From: a virus | Taxonomy: Duplodnaviria; Caudoviricetes | Virus record (IMG/VR): IMGVR_UViG_3300025018_000260 | Span: 1-41,071 of that record | Reading direction: 5' to 3' (one strand) | DNA: 41,071 bases | Part shown: positions 35,323-41,071 of the stretch, one piece after another | How the letters are laid out: every line of letters starts with the position of its first letter | How positions within the stretch are numbered: position 1 is the stretch's first letter | The notes under the pieces: model-generated | Databases searched by the model: none | What the model was told of the DNA's origin: nothing | What the model saw: only the letters and a program-made list of their open reading frames with translations | Program-made: the position numbers and the translations under genes

Positions 35323-35727
35323 ATGGCCGACCAGTACGGCGACGTCGTCAAGGCCCCAAGCGGCATCACCCAGAAGGCGGAAGTTCTGCCGGTCGAGATC
35401 CTGTTCTCGACCGAGGGCCTCCTCAAGAAGGGTGGGACCCTCGCGCCCGGCAACGGCGTCCTCACCGGAGGCACCCTGATGGGTGTCATCACCGCCAGCG
35501 GGCTGTACGCCCCCTACGCCAGCGGGAACCTCGACGGCACCGAGACCCCCGTCGGGTTCCTCTACCAGTCGGTGGACACCGGAGCCGACGCCAACGCCGA
35601 GGTCCACCAGGGCAACATCATCCTGCGTGGGAACCTCAAGAACGACGCCCTCACCGGGGTGGATGCGGGAGCCATCACGGCCCTCAACGCCCGCGTGGAC
35701 ACCGCCCGCAACCTGTTCGCCTTCTAG
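35323..35727 (+). CDS. Head decoration protein (lambda gpD-like)
   Basis: GTLAPGNGVL.GGT.MG.ITASGLY.PY....DGTE.PVGFL; lies between scaffold and MCP. Confidence 0.8.
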   Translation: MADQYGDVVKAPSGITQKAEVLPVEILFSTEGLLKKGGTLAPGNGVLTGGTLMGVITASGLYAPYASGNLDGTETPVGFLYQSVDTGADANAEVHQGNIILRGNLKNDALTGVDAGAITALNARVDTARNLFAF

Positions 35728-35796
35728 TCCCACCCAGGGACTAGCGACCCAACGATGACCCCGGACCGCCCGCGAGGGTAGGAGGAGAGAACCCCG

Positions 35797-36801
35797 ATGC
35801 CCGAGATCAGCCTGCTGGAGCCAACGGTGCTCCGTGGTGTGGTCGAGAAGTTGAATGCTCCCGAGAGCATGACGCTGCTCAACACGCTGCCGCGCACACC
35901 GTGGCCGTACCCGTCGGTGACCTGGGACGTGATCCGAGGATCGCGGCAGGTCGCCAAGCCCAACGTCCCGAACTCCGAGGCGCACATCGTGCCCCGGCTG
36001 GGCGTGTCGCAGGAGAGCGCGTCCTTCGTGTACCTGCGCGAGAAGAAGGTGTTCGAGCCGACGACGCTGCACTGGATCCGCACCCCCGGGTCCCTGGCCG
36101 CGAAGAACGCCGAGCAGGCCGTGCTCCGCGAGGTGCGCGACCTCAACTGGCGCTTCGACAACTTCGCGGAGTGGATGTGCTGGCGAGCCCTCAGCGGGAC
36201 GCTGTCCTTCGACTACCCCGACGTCAAGGCCAACGTGGACTACCGGCTCCCCGCCTCCCACAAGCCGGTCCCCGGCACCTCGTGGGCGACGGCGACCGGT
36301 GCCCAGATCGTGGCCGACATCCAGGCGTGGAAGCGGCTCATCAGCCGCGACGGTCGCGTGGCTGCCACCGACGCGTGGTGCACCGAGGCCACCGTCCAGC
36401 GCGTGTTCAACGCCTTCGCCGGGTCCTCCGGTTCGGGTGACCTCGCCGGTCTGATGAGCGACCGGATGAAGGACGAGTACTACCGGTCGGGGATGCTCCC
36501 CGGCTTCATGGGCCTCAACTGGCACGTGGTCGAGTCGGTGTACGACACCGATCAGGGCGTCCGCACCCTGTTCGTCCCCGACGACGCGCTGTACATCACG
36601 AACCTCACCGAGGGTCGTGCCATGGAGATCATGGAGGGTCCGACCGCCGACGACGAGGCCCCGGCGGGCTTCACCGGCAAGTTCACCAAGACGTGGAAGG
36701 AGAAGGACCCCTCCGCCCGTCAGATCCTGCTGGAGTGGCACTGCCTCCCGGTCATCACCCGCCCCGAGCAGATCGTCTACGTCGCCGACGTCGCGCCGTA
36801 G
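35797..36801 (+). CDS. Major capsid protein (lambda gpE-like family)
   Basis: 334 aa, strong RBS; EWMCWRALSG.L, VDYRLP, W...DPS, LPV; followed by a terminator. Confidence 0.88.
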   Translation: MPEISLLEPTVLRGVVEKLNAPESMTLLNTLPRTPWPYPSVTWDVIRGSRQVAKPNVPNSEAHIVPRLGVSQESASFVYLREKKVFEPTTLHWIRTPGSLAAKNAEQAVLREVRDLNWRFDNFAEWMCWRALSGTLSFDYPDVKANVDYRLPASHKPVPGTSWATATGAQIVADIQAWKRLISRDGRVAATDAWCTEATVQRVFNAFAGSSGSGDLAGLMSDRMKDEYYRSGMLPGFMGLNWHVVESVYDTDQGVRTLFVPDDALYITNLTEGRAMEIMEGPTADDEAPAGFTGKFTKTWKEKDPSARQILLEWHCLPVITRPEQIVYVADVAP

Positions 36802-36822
36802 GACCCGCTGAGGTCATGGTCG

Positions 36823-36857
36823 CCAAGCCCCCGGTATCCCCCCCGCCGGGGGCTTGG
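36823..36857 (+). terminator. Hairpin after the MCP gene
   Basis: CCAAGCCCCCGG-N11-CCGGGGGCTTGG, perfect 12-bp stem. Confidence 0.75.
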
Positions 36858-36873
36858 TCATGTCCTCGATGAG

Positions 36874-36896
36874 GTAGAGCGAGGGGGAGCCGATGC
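36874..36896 (+). promoter_or_regulatory. Bipartite phage promoter GTAG-N11-GCCGATGC
   Basis: Immediately after the MCP terminator. Confidence 0.65.
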
Positions 36897-36931
36897 TCAG
36901 TCCAGGCCGCACGATCCACAAGGAGCGCACC

Positions 36932-37270
36932 ATGTCCGAGACCACCACCGACATCGAGGTCGGCATCGACGGGGAGAACCCCGTCACGCCGAACAACCCG
37001 CTGCCCAAGGCCCAGGCCGAGGAGTGGCGTGGCGAGCCCCGTCAGGGCCAGGACGCCAGCGAGTTCGAGCCCCACGTCCTCCCCGGCTCCGAGGAGCCCA
37101 CCCCCGGGGACGACGACAAGCCCAAGGAGGGCGAGGGTCCCGAGGAGCCGAACAAGTCCGCGTCCAAGGCGGACTGGGCGGCGTACGCCGTGGCCACCGA
37201 CGCCAACCTCACCGCCGAGGAGGCCGACAAGATGACCCGCGACGACCTCGCGGCGAAGTACGGCTCCTAG
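36932..37270 (+). CDS. Acidic low-complexity protein with a small C-terminal helical domain
   Basis: RBS AAGGAG; C-terminus PNKSASKADWAAYAV...TRDDLAAKYG. Confidence 0.75.
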   Translation: MSETTTDIEVGIDGENPVTPNNPLPKAQAEEWRGEPRQGQDASEFEPHVLPGSEEPTPGDDDKPKEGEGPEEPNKSASKADWAAYAVATDANLTAEEADKMTRDDLAAKYGS

Positions 37271-37285
37271 TCGTATCTGGCAACA

Positions 37286-37315
37286 TCGACCCCCGGTGAT
37301 CACACCGGGGGTCGA
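37286..37315 (+). terminator. Hairpin (13-bp stem) overlapping the next promoter
   Basis: TCGACCCCCGGTG-ATCA-CACCGGGGGTCGA. Confidence 0.7.
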
Positions 37316-37334
37316 GCCCGTTCGAGGCCGATGC
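37311..37334 (+). promoter_or_regulatory. Bipartite phage promoter GTCG-N12-GCCGATGC
   Basis: Motif and spacing match; upstream of ATG 37377. Confidence 0.65.
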
Positions 37335-37376
37335 TCTGGGAGCACGACCCATCCCATCTACGTCAGGAGAAGCGCC

Positions 37377-37868
37377 ATGAGCGCCAGCACCACCAAGCCG
37401 ACCGTCGCCGAGCAGCGCGCGATGAAGAAGGCGGAGGACGAGGCCAAGGCCCAGGGCTCCGCCACCCCGCCCGACGCCACCACGTCCCAGGACACCGACG
37501 AGGAGACCTCCGTCGGGGAGCCCCGCTCCCACCGGATCCACTTCGTCAACGACGGCTTCACGACCATGGGCCAGGTGTTCTACCGGGGCCAGGAACTGCA
37601 CGTGATCGAGGGCTCCGCCGAGTGGACGCGGATCGCCGACACCAAGGGCCGGACCTTCTTCGACCTGGCCGAGGACGAGAGCGAGCAGATCGTCCGCTAC
37701 GGCGAGGTGAAGTTCCGCCCCGGCCCGTGGCCGCACGAGTCCTTCACCGCTGAGGACGTCGCCCGGATGCAGCAGGAGGCCAACACCACGGCGGACCCCG
37801 AGGAGGCCATGCGCCTCCGCAAGCGCGCGTCGCGTCTGTCTGACTCCATCACCCCGCCAGGGTCTTAG
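37377..37868 (+). CDS. Hypothetical structural-region protein
   Basis: RBS AGGAGA; IHFVNDGFT..GQVFYRGQEL...FRPGPWP. Confidence 0.75.
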   Translation: MSASTTKPTVAEQRAMKKAEDEAKAQGSATPPDATTSQDTDEETSVGEPRSHRIHFVNDGFTTMGQVFYRGQELHVIEGSAEWTRIADTKGRTFFDLAEDESEQIVRYGEVKFRPGPWPHESFTAEDVARMQQEANTTADPEEAMRLRKRASRLSDSITPPGS

Positions 37869-37884
37869 CCCGTAGGAGGCCGTC

Positions 37885-38388
37885 GTGGCACTCACCGTCC
37901 CGTCCCTCGACCGCCTCGCCCGTCACCTTCGCGCGGACTCCGTGCAGGAGGCAGGCTGGGACGAGGACGTCGCTGCTGATGAACTCCAGCAGGCCACCGA
38001 CCTCATGGTGCTCGCCACCTCGCTGGTGGAGGACCCGACCGACGAGGTAGGGGCTCGCCTCGTCGTCCGGGGGATCCTCTCCATGGCCCAGGCGCTGCTC
38101 GTGCGCGGGGACGATCGGGACAAGGAGTTCTCGATGTTCTCCTCCGAGCGCATCGGGTCGTACTCGTGGACGCGCGCGGCAGCCAACGGTGAGGCCACGG
38201 GCATCGAGGACTTCGACCGGGCGGTGGAGTGGGTGAACGAGGCGGGCGGTCTCAACGACGTGTTCATCTCCACCGAGCGCGTGTTCACCGACCCCGGGGC
38301 GCACACCGAGCAGGAGTTCGACCGCTACCCCTACCACTTGCCGCGCTCGCCGCTTGAGCGCACGACCACTCGCACCTCCCAGCCGTGA
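37885..38388 (+). CDS. Head-to-tail adaptor
   Basis: Helical N-terminus and SSERIGSYSWT motif; position after the MCP. Confidence 0.7.
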   Translation: MALTVPSLDRLARHLRADSVQEAGWDEDVAADELQQATDLMVLATSLVEDPTDEVGARLVVRGILSMAQALLVRGDDRDKEFSMFSSERIGSYSWTRAAANGEATGIEDFDRAVEWVNEAGGLNDVFISTERVFTDPGAHTEQEFDRYPYHLPRSPLERTTTRTSQP

Positions 38389-38807
38389 GCCTCAAGAGCC
38401 TCCTGATCCACCGAGCGACCCTGCTCCGGCTGGACGCCACCGACCTCGACGGCGTGGCGGACTACGGCTGGGTGGAGATCGGCACCGAGGTCCGCTGCCG
38501 AGCGGACCTGTCGTTCATGCGCCGGGGCAAGGACGCCGGGTGGGTGGCTGAGGCAGGACGGTCCAACGACCGCGCCGGAGTGCTGTTCCTGGGACCCGAC
38601 GTCGATGTGCGACCGGGCGACCGGGTTCGGGTGACATCTGCCAGAGGACGGCTCATCGGCACCTTCGAGTTGGACGGGGCCTTCGACACCGTGGACGATC
38701 GGCTGGGCGAGATCCACCACGTCGAGGCAGGCATCACCGAGGTGGCCACGGCGTTCGCCGACGCGATCCAGTTCGGCGATCCCATCCCCGGAGTGGACGC
38801 CCTGTGA
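38385..38807 (+). CDS. Head-to-tail stopper/head closure protein
   Basis: Beta-rich; DVRPGDRV...HHVEA; synteny. Confidence 0.65.
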   Translation: MSLKSLLIHRATLLRLDATDLDGVADYGWVEIGTEVRCRADLSFMRRGKDAGWVAEAGRSNDRAGVLFLGPDVDVRPGDRVRVTSARGRLIGTFELDGAFDTVDDRLGEIHHVEAGITEVATAFADAIQFGDPIPGVDAL

Positions 38808-39175
38808 TCGCCTTCCGTTTGTTCAACATCGACGCGATGATCGAGGAGGTCGAGCGCATCGGCTCCTCCCCGTCGTTCAAGACCATCGGTCGGCTGGAGC
38901 AGGTGACCGCGTCCGGCTTCGCTGCGACCCAGGCAGCGGTCCACGTGATCACCGGCAGCCTCAAGATGTCGGGTCGCACCGAGACCGACTTCGACGGCAA
39001 GCAGTGGCGAGCGACGTATCTGTACGGCGGTCCGAGCCCCGGCGTCAACAACCCGGTGGACTACGCCATCTACGAGTTGGCGCGTGGCGGGGACCACTAC
39101 TGGTTCCGCGTCCTCGACGCGTTCGAGGGCCAGTACCTCAACGCGGTGGAGAGCCACTTCTCCGGGGGTGCGTGA
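38804..39175 (+). CDS. Neck/tail-completion protein (HK97 gp10-like)
   Basis: VHVITGSLKMSG...VDYAIYE motif. Confidence 0.65.
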   Translation: MIAFRLFNIDAMIEEVERIGSSPSFKTIGRLEQVTASGFAATQAAVHVITGSLKMSGRTETDFDGKQWRATYLYGGPSPGVNNPVDYAIYELARGGDHYWFRVLDAFEGQYLNAVESHFSGGA

Positions 39176-39648
39176 TGGAGATGCTGGTCGCGGCGCGCCG
39201 CGAGTTGATGCGCACCCCTGCCGTGCTGGCCGAGGTCGGCTCCGACGACCGGTTCTCCGCGTGGATCTTCCGCTGGCGGATGTACGTGGACATCGAGGGC
39301 ACGGGCCAGACCGCCATCGTGCTGCGCGAGGACGGCGGCTGGGCCAGCCCCAACCAGCACAACACCGCGCGCTTCCCCCGCCTCGGTGTGGAGATCTACG
39401 CCGACGTCCCCCGCACACCCCGTCTGAACCCCGCCCGGGCCACCGCCCAGGACCGGGCCAAGGCAGCCTTCAACGTGATCGACCGGATCTTCCACGTCCC
39501 TCAGGGCGGGCAGATCCGGTGGGGCAACGAGGAGGGGACGCTGCGCATCGTGTCCAGCCTCCGGCTCACCGAGCCCCAGGTGTCAGCGCCGTCTGAGGGC
39601 GACGGTCTCGCCCGGCTGCTGACCTCCTACGCCGTGACTCTCGGCTGA
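39175..39648 (+). CDS. Putative tail terminator
   Basis: Size, synteny and PRLGVEIYAD pattern. Confidence 0.55.
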   Translation: MEMLVAARRELMRTPAVLAEVGSDDRFSAWIFRWRMYVDIEGTGQTAIVLREDGGWASPNQHNTARFPRLGVEIYADVPRTPRLNPARATAQDRAKAAFNVIDRIFHVPQGGQIRWGNEEGTLRIVSSLRLTEPQVSAPSEGDGLARLLTSYAVTLG

Positions 39649-39679
39649 GGACCACCCACCCACAGAGGAACTGAGCGAC

Positions 39680-40738
39680 ATGAAGATCGCCGTCCACATC
39701 CCCCTCGGAGGCGTCACCGGCTACGGTCGCGACGGCGAGGGGGTGATTGACTCCCTGATCGAGGCCGGGCACGACGTGCACGTGTTCCCCAAGGCCGTCG
39801 TCCCGCCGATCAGCCCCAACACCGCGCTGGCGCTCACCAAGATGCCCGTGCCGCCCTTCGACGTGTCGCTGGTGCACGTGTGGCCAGGAGGGTTCGAGGC
39901 GAACGCAGGGCGGCGCTCAACGTCGCACCGGCTCATCGGCTGGACCATGTGGGAGCACCCCGCGCCCGACCCCGAGTGGGCCGAGGAGTTCGCGGAGGCC
40001 ACCGCCGAGATGGACCTGCTGCTGGTGTACGACGAGACCACCGAGACCTCGTTGGGACCGATCGCGAAGTGCCCCGTGAAGCGGTTGCAGGGCGGCTACG
40101 ACCCCAGTTCCTACCACCCCGAGCAGCGGGAGTGGACCGGCACCTTTCGGTTCGGGATGATGGGCGACCTCGCCAACCGCCGCAAGGACCCCTTCACCGC
40201 GATCAGGGCGTTCACGATCCTCAAGGAGCGTCACGGCGAGGACTTCGACGCGGTGCTGCACCTCAAGTCCTCCAGCCCGGGCATCCCGCCGCGCATGACC
40301 GAGACCTACCCGTGGCTCCAGATCGACGTGGGGCTGTGGCCGGTGCCGCGCGTCCAGCAGTTCTACGCCGGGCTGCACTGTCTGATCGCACCCAGCAGGG
40401 GCGAGGGGAAGAACCTGCCCGCGCTGGAGGCCATGACCACCGGCATCCCCGTGATCGCCTCCCTCGTGGGCGGGCACAAGGAGTGGTTCCACCCCTCGAT
40501 GGGCTGGGGAGTCCCCGCGCCCGAGGTCCCCTTCGAGGGGCGCACCTGGGCGCGCGTGGATCCCGAGGCGCTGGCCGAGGCCATGTGGGAGGCGTACAGC
40601 GATCGCGCGCTCACCAGGCGCAAGGGCGAGCAGGCGCAGCGCACGGTCCCGGCGATGTGCTCGTGGACGGCAGTGACCCGCCGCTTCATGGAGCACGCTC
40701 AGCAGATCCCCGCCAAGGAGGCGACAGGCACATGGTGA
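39680..40738 (+). CDS. GT-B fold glycosyltransferase (GT4-like)
   Basis: TGYG, WTMWE, RRKD, PSRGEGKNLPALEAMTTGIPVIAS. Confidence 0.88.
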   Translation: MKIAVHIPLGGVTGYGRDGEGVIDSLIEAGHDVHVFPKAVVPPISPNTALALTKMPVPPFDVSLVHVWPGGFEANAGRRSTSHRLIGWTMWEHPAPDPEWAEEFAEATAEMDLLLVYDETTETSLGPIAKCPVKRLQGGYDPSSYHPEQREWTGTFRFGMMGDLANRRKDPFTAIRAFTILKERHGEDFDAVLHLKSSSPGIPPRMTETYPWLQIDVGLWPVPRVQQFYAGLHCLIAPSRGEGKNLPALEAMTTGIPVIASLVGGHKEWFHPSMGWGVPAPEVPFEGRTWARVDPEALAEAMWEAYSDRALTRRKGEQAQRTVPAMCSWTAVTRRFMEHAQQIPAKEATGTW

Positions 40739-40962
40739 CCGAGGCCATCGAGATCAGGTGCGAGAGCCACCCCGGTCGGCTGCTGGGCAGGCTGCTCCAG
40801 TCGTCGTCCCAGCGGCGCGTGGACCCCAGCAGCAATCTGCTTGAGTTCACATGCCGCGAGTGCGCACGCGACCTCCGCAAGGACGGGGACCCGGTGACCC
40901 GGGTGCTGCACCGCTATAATCTCGTGGGCGAGTTGGTGGAGACCGAGGTCGTGCGGGAGTAG
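40732..40962 (+). CDS. Small zinc-finger-like protein (Mu Com-like pattern)
   Basis: EIRCESHPGRLLG...EFTCREC. Confidence 0.6.
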   Translation: MVTEAIEIRCESHPGRLLGRLLQSSSQRRVDPSSNLLEFTCRECARDLRKDGDPVTRVLHRYNLVGELVETEVVRE

Positions 40963-40982
40963 AACGCCCGCTGTGCCGATGC
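40959..40982 (+). promoter_or_regulatory. Bipartite phage promoter GTAG-N12-GCCGATGC
   Basis: Motif and spacing match; upstream of ATG 41022. Confidence 0.65.
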
Positions 40983-41021
40983 CAGCAGCAGACCTACCGG
41001 TTCGACCCCTGAGAGGACACC

Positions 41022-41071
41022 ATGCCCACCCCCAACAGCACCGTCGAGGGCTTCTCCATCTCGCACGCGGC
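41022..41071 (+). CDS. 3'-truncated gene, probably major tail protein
   Basis: RBS GAGAGGA; MPTPNSTVEGFSISHA; own promoter and expected syntenic position. Only 16 codons are visible. Confidence 0.45.
   Translation, partial: MPTPNSTVEGFSISHA

Noticed and set aside
35724-35744. 8-bp hairpin CTAGTCCC-ACCCA-GGGACTAG between the decoration and MCP genes
   Set aside because: Weak stem with no U-tract. It could be a processing or stability element but cannot be supported as a terminator.
1-41071. tRNA, rRNA, integrase or transposase genes
   Set aside because: None were recognised. Intergenic gaps are short and largely accounted for by promoters and hairpins.

Overview
The window is a 41 kb stretch of a high-GC tailed-phage genome, probably an actinobacteriophage; all credible genes are on the + strand. 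The left half (1-21.06 kb) covers recombination, replication and nucleotide metabolism. It holds a winged-helix protein, a SWIM-finger protein, a solo HicA-like protein, an Mre11/SbcD nuclease, ThyX, a dNMP kinase, a HAD phosphatase, a Cas4/RecB-like nuclease, a DnaN clamp, class II RNR (NrdJ), a large radical-SAM enzyme and DnaX. The Rad50/SbcC ATPase is split into separate genes more than 10 kb apart. The right half (21.07-41.07 kb) is a head-neck-tail module: TerS?, TerL, portal, MuF-like protein, a 2,473-aa protein, protease/scaffold, decoration protein, major capsid protein, adaptors, a glycosyltransferase and the start of a probable major tail gene. There are three inteins (ThyX, NrdJ, and a class-3-type intein in the radical SAM gene). 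The main observations are: (1) the giant head-module protein carries a PI3K/HipA-like kinase domain and a probable C-terminal DarT-like ADP-ribosyltransferase, followed by two small candidate immunity genes; (2) the split Rad50 pieces share an upstream motif, GCGTACAAGG; (3) a bipartite sigma28/WhiG-like promoter motif, GT(A/C)(G/C)-N11-12-GCCGATGC, occurs 7 times; (4) codon choice appears to avoid AGCT and several 6-bp palindromes. All family assignments come from motif recognition by eye; no database searches were run.
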